Source of the DNA: Actinomycetota bacterium
Lineage (GTDB): Bacteria; Actinomycetota; UBA4738
Assembly (NCBI GenBank): GCA_046726275.1
Contig: JBKPAF010000054.1
Span: forward strand, 471-64,470
DNA: 64,000 nucleotides
Direction of reading: 5' to 3'
A program made the position numbers and the translations under genes. The notes beneath the pieces are model-generated. The model was not told where the DNA came from, ran no database searches, and was given only the letters and a program-made list of their open reading frames with translations. Of the stretch, positions 52,445-60,829 are shown piece after piece (position 1 is the stretch's first letter; each line of letters opens with the position of its first letter).

Positions 52445-54184
52445 CTAGCCCCAGAAGGCGCTTGACCAGGCGCCGCTCGACCATTCGTTCCCACCCCAAG
52501 TGTTGCCGCCCCAGGTGTTGCCGCTCCAGGTGTTCCCGGTCCACTCGTTCCCGGTCCATTCGTTTCCCGTCCACGTGTTGCCTGACCACGTGTTGCCGCT
52601 CCACGCGTTCCCCGACCAGTCGTTCCCGGTCCACTGGTTCCCGGTCCAGGTGTTGCCGGACCACTCGTTCCCGGTCCACTGGTTCCCGTTCCACGTGCCC
52701 CCCGTCCAGCTGTTACCGGCGGCCTCGAGCGCGGCGATCGCTGGAGCGTCGAACCATGCTCCGAAGATGTCCTTTTCTCCCTGGAGCGGGAGCCCATCCT
52801 TCATCAGGTGGACAGGGCCACGGGAACCCTCCAAGGTCCCGAGTCCGGTGGATTGAATGTGGACCTGAGTCGCGATCGGTACGGGCCCCAGCAGGGCTGT
52901 GTCCAGCCGAAGAGCTCGTTGCCCCTGCTTGATCCCGAACCCTGACGACGGGCGCAGCCCGTTCGCGTGCGTCTTCAGCAGTGCCTTGGCCTGATCCGGG
53001 GTCATGGACGGATACTCCTGGAACAGGAGTGCGAGAGCGCCGGAGACGACCGCCGTTGCCTGGGAGCTGCCGCTCCCACGGAAGAATCGTTCGTCAATCC
53101 GGCCACCGTGATATCTCTCGTCCAGATAGGACCCGGGGACACGGAGACTCTGGATGTGTGCCCCTGGGGCCAGGAGATCAGGGTTGCGGATCCCGTCCCC
53201 CATCTGGGAGAAATCGGCCACGTCCCACTGCGAATACTGCATGCTGCCCTTATGGTCCGCGGCTCCCACCGCGAGGAGGTAGGGGTCACGCGCGGGGTCA
53301 GCCAGTCCGAGAGCGTTTTGCCCAGCATTGCCGACGGCCGCGACGACCGTGATGCCGCGGTGCCACGCGGTCTCCGCGGCGTAGGCCAATGGGTCCAGGA
53401 GGTAGCTCTGAGAACTGGCCGTCCCGAAGGAGAGATTCAGGATCTCGATGTTCAGTCCGGGATCATGTGCATGCTGGACTACCCAGTCGATGGCCGCGAT
53501 CACCTGGGACACGTCGGCGTTGCCAAACGCGTCCGCGACCTTGACGGAGACGATGCGGGCATCGGGGGCCATGCCGAGGAAGTTCTTTGTGTCCGCGCCG
53601 TAAGAACCGGGCGTCGTCGCGCCGTCCCTTCCGGCCATGATTCCCGCCATATGCGTGCCATGGCCGTACGTGTCGAGGTACCGCAGATTTGGCGCCTGCG
53701 ACTCGAAGGACAGATCTGGCCCCTTGATGATCTTCCCGGGAACGCTCAGTCCTTCGACCGGAGCCACCCCGGAGTCGATGAGGGCGATGTCTACGCCGGC
53801 ACCCGTGTACCCGGCGTCCCACATCGATTTCGCCCGGACCGCTCGGCTCACGTTCAGCATCGAGTACGAATCATTGGTCGGGTCATATGTCCCGGTCAGG
53901 GACACTCTCCCGTTGAGGCTCACCGCGACAACGGCCTCGTCCCTGGCCAGGGTCTCCACGGCCGCCTCCGGAATGGTGGCGGAGAAGCCGTGGATGATGG
54001 GTAGCTGGGTCTCGATCCGGCCGCCCAGGTTGGAGACTTCGCGTTCGACAGCGTTCTCGTGCCCGGGGAGGGTGCTGACGATCACCTTCCGATGCGAACC
54101 CAGGCTGGCCACGACGTCGCGCGTGGCGACGGTCCCGGTCGAGACGAGCAGCGTCAGGAGGATGAGAGAGGCGAACCGGCGCAT
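52445..54184 (-). CDS. Secreted subtilisin-like (S8) serine protease with C-terminal W-x-G-N-x pentad-repeat tail
   Basis: Track ORF 52445..54277. ATG 54184 gives the signal peptide MRRFASLILLTLLVSTGTVA. Triad contexts: VDIALIDSGV (Asp), YGHGTHMAGIMAG (His), GSGSSQATAVVSGALALL (Ser). The last 89 aa carry Trp at every fifth position. Confidence 0.85.
   Translation of the reverse strand: MRRFASLILLTLLVSTGTVATRDVVASLGSHRKVIVSTLPGHENAVEREVSNLGGRIETQLPIIHGFSATIPEAAVETLARDEAVVAVSLNGRVSLTGTYDPTNDSYSMLNVSRAVRAKSMWDAGYTGAGVDIALIDSGVAPVEGLSVPGKIIKGPDLSFESQAPNLRYLDTYGHGTHMAGIMAGRDGATTPGSYGADTKNFLGMAPDARIVSVKVADAFGNADVSQVIAAIDWVVQHAHDPGLNIEILNLSFGTASSQSYLLDPLAYAAETAWHRGITVVAAVGNAGQNALGLADPARDPYLLAVGAADHKGSMQYSQWDVADFSQMGDGIRNPDLLAPGAHIQSLRVPGSYLDERYHGGRIDERFFRGSGSSQATAVVSGALALLFQEYPSMTPDQAKALLKTHANGLRPSSGFGIKQGQRALRLDTALLGPVPIATQVHIQSTGLGTLEGSRGPVHLMKDGLPLQGEKDIFGAWFDAPAIAALEAAGNSWTGGTWNGNQWTGNEWSGNTWTGNQWTGNDWSGNAWSGNTWSGNTWTGNEWTGNEWTGNTWSGNTWGGNTWGGNEWSSGAWSSAFWG
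52448..52714 (-). repeat. About 18 imperfect 15-bp tandem units encoding (N-x-W-S/T-G)n
   Basis: The plus strand shows ccaNNNgttNccNNt periodicity. The translation is NSWTGGTWNGNQWTGNEWSGNTWTGNQWTGNDWSGNAWSGNTWSGNTWTGNEWTGNEWTGNTWSGNTWGGNTWGGNEWSSGAWSSAFWG. Confidence 0.9.
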
Positions 54185-54437
54185 GGTGGAAGGGCGCCAC
54201 GTCACCTCGATGGGTCGGGGAACGGCCAGCGCTCCGGCTCCTCGCCCGCTGAGGGCGATCACCCTGTCCCGGTTCATGGAATGGTTGTCGCACGTAGCGG
54301 GGGAGCGCTACATCGCCCGGACGACTCGAATGGCTCCCCCGATCAGTCCGAATTCAGGGTGGGCTCGGGGGAGGGCCCACCCGGGCCGAAAGTCCCGGCA
54401 CCGACCCGGACCCTGGACCAAGGGCCATCGGACACCT

Positions 54438-54477
54438 CAAAGAGAAAAGACGCCGGCCCCCTGCAACGGGGGCCGGC
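54438..54477 (-). terminator. Rho-independent terminator of the small Cys-rich ORF
   Basis: A 10-bp GC stem GCCGGCCCCC-tgcaac-GGGGGCCGGC (54452-54477) is followed on the minus strand by GTCTTTTCTCTTTG. It starts 19 nt after the ORF stop. Confidence 0.7.
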
Positions 54478-54495
54478 AATAGTGGAATTCGCTGG

Positions 54496-54666
54496 TCAGG
54501 CGCTGGCCTGGGCCTCGCGCTCGCGAGCCTTCTGCTGACCCTCGGGCGGCAGATCCGAGATCTGCGTTCCCGGCTGCTGGCAACACTCGCCATCCACGTC
54601 CGCGTGCTCTTTCCACGTTCGGCCGTCGCAGCACCAGCCCTGGCTCGCGTCCAACTCCTCCGCCAT
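54496..54666 (-). CDS. Small acidic Cys-rich protein (56 aa, CC-x14-CC), not in ORF track
   Basis: ATG at 54666 is preceded by GAGAGGAGG with a 5-nt spacer. Translation: MAEELDASQGWCCDGRTWKEHADVDGECCQQPGTQISDLPPEGQQKARAREAQASA. GC-rich third positions match neighbouring genes, and it has its own terminator. Confidence 0.55.
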   Translation of the reverse strand: MAEELDASQGWCCDGRTWKEHADVDGECCQQPGTQISDLPPEGQQKAREREAQASA

Positions 54667-54772
54667 GTCTGCCTCCTCTCACGTCCAGTGCTACCTCTCT
54701 ACCCTTCCCGGGCTCTGCTATTCCTCCGCGTGGGTGGGTATAGGACGGTGGGCGTAGCCAAGGAGTAGGCCG

Positions 54773-55636
54773 ATGTGGTCGTTCAGCACGCAGACTGAGC
54801 CGCTGATCCGGGCGATCCAGCGTTCGACCTTGCTCGATGCCATCGGTCGGCGCCTCGCCCTCGCATTCTCGAGGATCGTTCGGCCCGGCAAGGTCAAAGA
54901 CCTGTTCAGCGGCACCTGGCTGGGTCACCCGGTCCATCCGTTGCTCACCGACGTGCCGTTCGGGGCGTGGACCAGCGGGGTGACTCTCGACCTCCTGGGG
55001 GGAGAGGCGAGCCAGAAGGCAGCGGACCGGCTCATCGGCCTGGGGGTTCTCGCGGCGGTCCCGACCGCCGTCACGGGCCTCTCCGACCTCGCCGACGTGA
55101 CGACGCGGGAAGAGCGCACCGTTGGCGTCGCCCACGCGGTCGGCAACCTGGCCACGATTGTCCTGTTCGGCCTGTCGTACGCGTTGCGACTGAAGGGACG
55201 GCGGGCGAGTGGTGTAGCGCTGTCGTTAACGGGGTCGGTGCTCGCGAGCGGGGCCGCGTACCTGGGCGGCCATCTCGTCTATCGGCAGGTCGTTGGTCCA
55301 AACCGGGCACTCGACGGACCGATCCGTGACTGGACCCCTGTGCTCGACAGTGACTCGCTGGCAGAGGGGAAGGCCAAGCGGGTTCCCGCCGGTACTGCCC
55401 AGATCATGCTGTACCGGGAAGGTGGACGAACCTACGCCCTGGCGAATCGATGCAGCCACCGGGGCGGGCCGCTGCACAAGGGCACCGTGGGGGAGGGGCA
55501 GGTCACGTGCCCGTGGCACCTGAGCATCTTCAGCCTCGAGGACGGGTCGGTCATCCGCGGTCCCGCCACAGCTCCACAGCCGACGTACCATGTTCGTGAG
55601 CGAGACGGGAAGATCGAGATCCGCGAGCTCAGCTAG
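54773..55636 (+). CDS. DUF2231-like membrane domain fused to a Rieske [2Fe-2S] domain
   Basis: Track ORF of 287 aa. N-terminal WLGHPVHPLLTDVPFGAW plus 3-4 TM helices. C-terminal Rieske motifs CSHRGGPL and CPWHLSIF. Confidence 0.8.
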   Translation: MWSFSTQTEPLIRAIQRSTLLDAIGRRLALAFSRIVRPGKVKDLFSGTWLGHPVHPLLTDVPFGAWTSGVTLDLLGGEASQKAADRLIGLGVLAAVPTAVTGLSDLADVTTREERTVGVAHAVGNLATIVLFGLSYALRLKGRRASGVALSLTGSVLASGAAYLGGHLVYRQVVGPNRALDGPIRDWTPVLDSDSLAEGKAKRVPAGTAQIMLYREGGRTYALANRCSHRGGPLHKGTVGEGQVTCPWHLSIFSLEDGSVIRGPATAPQPTYHVRERDGKIEIRELS

Positions 55637-55655
55637 CCGCACTCCCAAATCACCA

Positions 55656-57023
55656 TCACGTTCGGAGCAGAAGTGTCACCCGGGCTCCGCCCGCGGGCAG
55701 ATTCTCGGCCGCGGCCGTCCCCCCGTGCGCCTCGGCCACGGCTCGGACGATGGCCAGCCCCAGCCCCGCTCCCGACCGCGATCCGTTGTTGTCGCCACCT
55801 GTCGCGGAGCTAGTGAACGGATCGAAGGCCCGCTCGAGCAGGTCCGGCGGGAAGCCCGGTCCCGAATCGTCGACCGAGATCCGGACCGCGTTTCCGATCC
55901 GCCTCGTGCGCAGCGCGATCACGCCGCCCCGCCCGGCGTGGCGCAGCGCGTTGTCCAGGAGGTTCTCCACCGCCTGTCGTACCCGAACAGGATCGAGCGG
56001 GACCGTGTCACGCTCGACCTCGACATCGATGCGGACACCCGCCTGCTGCGCCCGCTGGGCATGGGCCCGCACGATCTCCTCCACGAGTTCCGGCATCGAG
56101 ATGTCTCTCCGCTCCACCGGCATCCGGTCCTTTTCCATCCGCGCGAGGACGAGGAGATCCTCGGCCAACCGCACCAGCCGGTCGGTTTCTTCTGAGGCAT
56201 TCCGGACCGCGGCCTCCAACTCCTCGGGGCTCCGGCCTCTCGCGAGCGCGAGGTCGAGCTCCGTCTTGAGCACGCTCAACGGAGTTCGTAGCTCATGGCT
56301 CGCGTCGTCCACGAACCGGCGCTCCCGCTCCAGCGCCCGCTGGAGGCGATCGAGCATCGAGTTCAGGGTGGTGCCCAGCCGGGCGAGCTCATCTCCCGTT
56401 CCCGGCACGGGGAGTCTCCGCTCCGGCTCGGTCGCGGAGACCGTGTCGGCCTCTTGCCGCATCCGTTCCACTGGCCTGAGTGCGCCACCGACGATCAGCC
56501 AGCACGCTCCGGACATCAACACCAACACGGCCGGCCCGCCGAGGGATAGGGCCACCACGAGCCTGTGGAGGGCCTCGCGACGATCCCCCAGCGTCGCTCC
56601 GGCAAGGAGGAACACCTTCTCGCTGGAGGTCGTCACCGGTGCCACCAGAAGGCGAAGCGGGTCCACATCGACCCGGGGAATGGTCCTCACGAAGAACGTC
56701 GGTCCCTCGATGGACTCGAAGGTGGTCGGGGGGAGGAATGAGGAGCTGGACAGAGCGGCGCTGGCTTGGATGACCCTGCCCCTCGCATCCACGACCTGAG
56801 CGAACGCCTCGTCCGCATCGATCAACGGTCCGGTGGAGACGGTCGGACTCGAGCCCCGGGCTTCTATCTGACCGGCCAGAGCCTGGACCCGGCCCCGGAG
56901 ACCCAGGTCCACGGCTGCCATGAGGTCCCGTCCGACGCTCGTGTAGACGAACAGCCCGAGACCGGCCAGAACAGCGGCCAACCCGACCGCGAAAATGACC
57001 GTCAGTCTGATCCGGAGCGGCAT
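55656..57023 (-). CDS. Sensor histidine kinase (2 TM, HAMP, HisKA, HATPase_c)
   Basis: Track ORF of 455 aa. H-box FVDDASHELRTPL, N-box LDNALRHA, G-boxes DDSGPGF and GLGLAIV. Confidence 0.9.
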   Translation of the reverse strand: MPLRIRLTVIFAVGLAAVLAGLGLFVYTSVGRDLMAAVDLGLRGRVQALAGQIEARGSSPTVSTGPLIDADEAFAQVVDARGRVIQASAALSSSSFLPPTTFESIEGPTFFVRTIPRVDVDPLRLLVAPVTTSSEKVFLLAGATLGDRREALHRLVVALSLGGPAVLVLMSGACWLIVGGALRPVERMRQEADTVSATEPERRLPVPGTGDELARLGTTLNSMLDRLQRALERERRFVDDASHELRTPLSVLKTELDLALARGRSPEELEAAVRNASEETDRLVRLAEDLLVLARMEKDRMPVERRDISMPELVEEIVRAHAQRAQQAGVRIDVEVERDTVPLDPVRVRQAVENLLDNALRHAGRGGVIALRTRRIGNAVRISVDDSGPGFPPDLLERAFDPFTSSATGGDNNGSRSGAGLGLAIVRAVAEAHGGTAAAENLPAGGARVTLLLRT

Positions 57024-57026
57024 TGG

Positions 57027-57713
57027 TCACGAAGCTCCTTCATCTCGAAGCCGGTACCCGACACCGCGAACCGTCTCCAGCGATTCGCGGCTGAACGGCC
57101 GGTCGATCTTCTCCCGCAGGTACCGCACGTAGACCTCGACGACGTTCGAGTCGCCGTCGTAGGCGAAGTCCCAGACATGCTCGATGAGTCGGGTCCGACT
57201 GAGGGCCTCGCCGGGGTGGCGCATGAAGTACTCGAGCAGGGAGAACTCCTTGGCCGTGAGGTTGATCGGTTGATCCCCGCGGCGGACCTCCTTGGTGGCC
57301 GGATCCAGCGTCAGGTCCTGTACCGCGAGGAGCGGCGGACGCTCGTGCTGACCTCGGCGGATCACCGCGCGGAGCCGTGCCAGGAGTTCAGTGAACGCGA
57401 AGGGCTTCGTGAGGTAGTCATCGGCGCCGGCGTCCAGACCCTCGACCCGGTCGGGCACCGCGTCGCGGGCGGTGAGCATCAGCACCGGCGCCCACCTCCC
57501 CGTCTCCCGAAGGCGACGGCACACCTCGAAGCCGTCGAAGTCGGGGAGCACGACATCGAGCACGATGGCGTCATACGGGTTCTCCGTTGCCATCCATACG
57601 GCGTCCTCGCCCGAGCCCACCACGTCGATCGCGTATCCCTCCTCCTGGAGGCCGCGGCGGAGGAGCTCCGCCATCCTCTCGGTGTCTTCGACGACCAAGA
57701 CTCGCAACGGCAA
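57027..57713 (-). CDS. OmpR/PhoB-family response regulator
   Basis: Track ORF of 228 aa. Receiver motifs VLVVEDT...AIVLDVVLPDFDG...LMLTA. The winged helix is LTAKEFSLLEYFMRH...VEVYVRYLREKI...TVRGVGYRL. Confidence 0.9.
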   Translation of the reverse strand: MPLRVLVVEDTERMAELLRRGLQEEGYAIDVVGSGEDAVWMATENPYDAIVLDVVLPDFDGFEVCRRLRETGRWAPVLMLTARDAVPDRVEGLDAGADDYLTKPFAFTELLARLRAVIRRGQHERPPLLAVQDLTLDPATKEVRRGDQPINLTAKEFSLLEYFMRHPGEALSRTRLIEHVWDFAYDGDSNVVEVYVRYLREKIDRPFSRESLETVRGVGYRLRDEGAS

Positions 57714-57847
57714 CCTCCTGGCTACGCATCCTCGTACGCGATGGATGAGACAGCGCTGAGAGGTAGCTAAAGAGCTCTCAGCGTGCTCTCAGGATCGCAC
57801 GGTCATCCTGCTGGTGGGATAGGCCAAGGTCGGCTCGAGGAGGCGTC

Positions 57848-58642
57848 ATGCGAAAGGAACTGATCGCCGTGCTCGGTCTCGCCTGCCTGGTGGGGATCTC
57901 GTGCACGTCGTCATCGCCGTCCGCCGGGACCTCGCCTGCCGTGAGCTCCCGGACGGAAGCTTCCCCGACGCCGAGTACGAGAGGGGCGACCCCTGCAGCT
58001 TCGCCAGCCCGATACCATCCAAAGATCGACCCCGCGAACTTCGCCGCGACCGTCAACAACCGTTACTTTCCGCTGAAGCCCCGGGCGCGGTGGGTCTACC
58101 GGGTCGTGAGCGGGGACGAGACGCAGCGGGATGAAGTCGTCGTCACGGATCGAACCAAGATCATCCTCGGGGTCAGGTGCGTCGTGGTGAGCGACACGTT
58201 GATCCATGAGGGCAACGTGCTCGAGAAGACGGAGGATTGCTATGCCCAGGACAAGGACGGGAACGTCTGGTACTTCGGCGAGACCACCGCCGAGTACGAC
58301 GAGCAGGGCAACGTGACGAGCAAGGAAGGGTCGTGGGAATCTGGCGTCGCGGGTGCACAGCCCGGGATCATCATGCCGGCCAACCCCCAGGTGAATTACG
58401 CCGCCCGGCAGGAGTTCTACAAGGGCCACGCCGAGGACATGTTCTGGATCGTGAGCACCGACGACTCGGCGAAGGTTCCGTTCGGGTCGTTCGACCAGGT
58501 GGTCCGGTCCCTCGAATGGTCACGGCTGGAGCCCAAGGTGATCGACGAGAAGTTCTACGCGTCCGGCATCGGCATCGTCCGAGAGCACGCGGCCGCCGGT
58601 GGGAAGGAAGACGTCGTGCTGGTGAGCTTCCGGAGCCCCTGA
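57848..58642 (+). CDS. Lipoprotein, unknown function
   Basis: Track ORF of 264 aa. Lipobox LVGISC-TS, then a Ser/Pro/Thr linker and a beta-rich domain (NRYFPLKPRARWVY...GNVWYFGE...). It is divergent from the two-component operon. Confidence 0.65.
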   Translation: MRKELIAVLGLACLVGISCTSSSPSAGTSPAVSSRTEASPTPSTRGATPAASPARYHPKIDPANFAATVNNRYFPLKPRARWVYRVVSGDETQRDEVVVTDRTKIILGVRCVVVSDTLIHEGNVLEKTEDCYAQDKDGNVWYFGETTAEYDEQGNVTSKEGSWESGVAGAQPGIIMPANPQVNYAARQEFYKGHAEDMFWIVSTDDSAKVPFGSFDQVVRSLEWSRLEPKVIDEKFYASGIGIVREHAAAGGKEDVVLVSFRSP

Positions 58643-58688
58643 ACCGACGGGCCTGCCTGAGCTACGGATCGTCTCCGCCCCGCCGCAA

Positions 58689-59660
58689 TCAGCGTGATTT
58701 GCCTCGTTGGGAATTGGCGAACCGGTCGGTCGCCGCGACCAGGCGCGCAGTCATCTCATCGCCGCCGGTGTGACCCGTGCCGACCAGCTCGAGAACGGCG
58801 TCCGGCCACGCTTGAGCGAGCTCCCACGCCGTGCGCGGCGGACTGCCGAGGTCCAATCGACCGTGGACCAGGACGCCCGGAATCCCTTCGAGGCGCGTCG
58901 CGTGGCGAAGGAGGATGCCATCCTCTAGCCAAGCGTGGTGATGGAAGTAATGGGTGACGACCCTGGCGAAAGCCATCCTGAACCGTGGGTCGTCATAGCG
59001 TGGATTGGGCTCGTAACCAGGTTCGAGCGAAACCACCGCATCTTCCCAGTCGCACCAGTCGCGCGCAGCTTTCTCTCTGACCGCAGGGTCCAGGTGGTTG
59101 AGCAACCGGTAATAGGCAGACACCAGGTCGCCATCACGTTCCGTCGCCGGCACGCCATCACGAAAGCGCGCCCACTCCTCGGGAAAGTATCGACCGACTC
59201 CGTGGTAGAGCCAGTGGACGTCGGCAGGGCGGGTCATTGTGACGGACGCCAACACGATTTCGGTGACCCGGTGCGGATGATGCTCGGCGTACGCGAGCGC
59301 GAGGGTTGCCCCCCACGAGCCGCCAAAGACCAGCCAGCGCTCCACCGCGAGATGCTCTCGGAGGAGCTCGATGTCGTGGACCAGGTGGTGGGTGGTGTTA
59401 GTGGATAGGTCGACCGTGACGTCACCGGCGTGAGGCAGGCTTCGCCCTGATCCGCGCTGATCGAACAACACGATCCGGTACGCCGCGGGATCGAAGTGTC
59501 GGCGAAGTCCGGGCGTGCAGCCCGACCCTGGGCCGCCGTGTAGGACCACAGCCGGTTTCCCGTTCGGGTTGCCGCAGACCTCCCAATGGATCTGCTGGCC
59601 CTCTCCCACATCGAGCATCCCGTGGTCGTGCGGTTCGACCTCCGGATATCGATCCACCAT
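58689..59660 (-). CDS. pip: Prolyl aminopeptidase (proline iminopeptidase), alpha/beta hydrolase
   Basis: The in-frame ATG at 59660 is residue 45 of track ORF 58689..59792. Motifs: VVLHGGPGSG, FDQRGSGRS, nucleophile elbow FGGSWGATLA, and the C-terminal VHGRLD...GH. Confidence 0.85.
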   Translation of the reverse strand: MVDRYPEVEPHDHGMLDVGEGQQIHWEVCGNPNGKPAVVLHGGPGSGCTPGLRRHFDPAAYRIVLFDQRGSGRSLPHAGDVTVDLSTNTTHHLVHDIELLREHLAVERWLVFGGSWGATLALAYAEHHPHRVTEIVLASVTMTRPADVHWLYHGVGRYFPEEWARFRDGVPATERDGDLVSAYYRLLNHLDPAVREKAARDWCDWEDAVVSLEPGYEPNPRYDDPRFRMAFARVVTHYFHHHAWLEDGILLRHATRLEGIPGVLVHGRLDLGSPPRTAWELAQAWPDAVLELVGTGHTGGDEMTARLVAATDRFANSQRGKSR

Positions 59661-59809
59661 CGCCACCGTTTCGTCCGAGGCCACTGACAGGCGGGCCGGT
59701 CGAATGTTCTCATCCCTGGAACAAGCTGGAGTTATGCCTACTCGTGAAAGACGACCGTGCCAGAAGGGAGGGCGGCCGAGCCGACGCTGCACTTTGGTCT
59801 AATTCGCTG

Positions 59810-59880
59810 CTGGCCCGCCTGGATTCGAACCAGGACTAACTGATCCAGAGTCAGTCGGGCTACCGTTACCCCACGGGCCA
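59810..59880 (-). tRNA. tRNA-Gln (anticodon CUG)
   Basis: Reverse complement: TGGCCCGTGGGGTAACGGTAGCCCGACTGACTCTGGATCAGTTAGTCCTGGTTCGAATCCAGGCGGGCCAG. It has U1-A72 (typical of bacterial tRNA-Gln), anticodon stem ACTGA/TCAGT, loop CTCTGGA, and T arm CCTGG-TTCGAAT-CCAGG. Confidence 0.85.
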
Positions 59881-60090
59881 GTGGGTGACCTGCGGAAATG
59901 ATCCAATCCAGGTTGGCACAGCGCTCCCAAGGCCAACTAACCCGGAGGGTACATGTCCACGGTCACGCCGAGAAGGGTAGCACCGCTCGAAACGGCATCT
60001 CCAAGGCTCCCTCGAACTACTCCCGTCCTTCCGCCGACACCTTGCTGCTGAGAACAAGGCTCTCGCACGCTGCAGGCATACAGCGAGGCC

Positions 60091-60700
60091 GTGAGCCGCT
60101 TGCACGACTACCTGACCGGGGTCGGGATGCCCACCGCCGTCGACTCGATCACCCGCGACAGCATCGAAGCGTTCATGGCCGACCAGTTGGACCGCCTCAA
60201 GGCATCCAGCGCACGCTCGCGATATGCCTCGCTCCGCCAGTTCTTCCGGTGGTGCCAGGACGAGGGCGAGATCAGAGAGTCACCCATGGCCCGGATGCGC
60301 CCGCCGGCCGTTCCCAAGCAGCCGGTCCCCGTGCTCGCAGAGGAAGAGCTGCGGACCTTGATCCGCACTAGCGAGCCGGGATACCACCTTCTACGGCCGG
60401 AGGGATTCCGCGCTGCTGCGGGTGTTCGTCGACAGCGGCGCTCGGCTGGCCGAGGTTGCAGCGCTCAGCATCGAGGACGTGAACCTCGAATCTGGCACGG
60501 TTCGGCTCATGGGCAAGGGTCGGCGTATGCGAATCAATCCGATCGGCTCGAAGGCGATTCGCGCACTCGACCCCCGCATCCTCCCTTCGCCGAAGGCTAC
60601 TTGGGGCATCGCCGCGATTGGGCGAGACTATCCTCCCATCACGCGTGCCGCAGTCCTAACGGTGGATACCGAATCCCCGTTCGCTATTTGGCCGTGGCGA
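60091..60700 (+). pseudogene. Tyrosine recombinase/integrase remnant (frameshifted, C-terminal catalytic half missing)
   Basis: Frame of track ORF 60091 gives an N-terminal SAM-like core-binding domain (ITRDSIEAFMADQL...RYASLRQFFRWCQDEGEI..SPM...VPVLAEEELRTLI). Similarity then jumps to the frame of ORF 60422 (RRDSALLRVFVDSGARLAEVAALSIEDVNLESGTVRLMGKGRRMRINPIG). No HxxR...Y catalytic region follows before the ABC-2 permease 3' end, and an in-frame TGA lies just upstream of 60091. Confidence 0.7.
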
Positions 60701-60829
60701 CTCGGCGACCGGTTTCTGTCCAGACTGAGCCGGCACTACGAGGGAGTTGGCCAACAGAGCTCCGATGTAGACGGCGCCCGCCCTCACCCCTGGTCTGCCC
60801 TTTGCCGCGGCCAATACCGAGTGCTTCCA

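Noticed and set aside
52448-52714. A regular 15-bp periodic repeat that could be mistaken for a CRISPR-like or VNTR array.
   Set aside because: The period is too short and there are no unique spacers. It lies entirely inside the S8 protease reading frame and encodes the W-x-G-N-x pentads. The long Gly/Thr/Pro-rich N-terminal extension of track ORF 51697..52797 is the same repeat read in another frame.
52445-54666. A RiPP or lanthipeptide locus, based on a Cys-rich small peptide next to an S8 (LanP-like) protease.
   Set aside because: No LanB/C/M, radical-SAM, YcaO or other modifying enzyme lies nearby, and no dedicated exporter either. The peptide gene has its own terminator and points away from the protease promoter. 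The peptide has no recognisable leader/core organisation.
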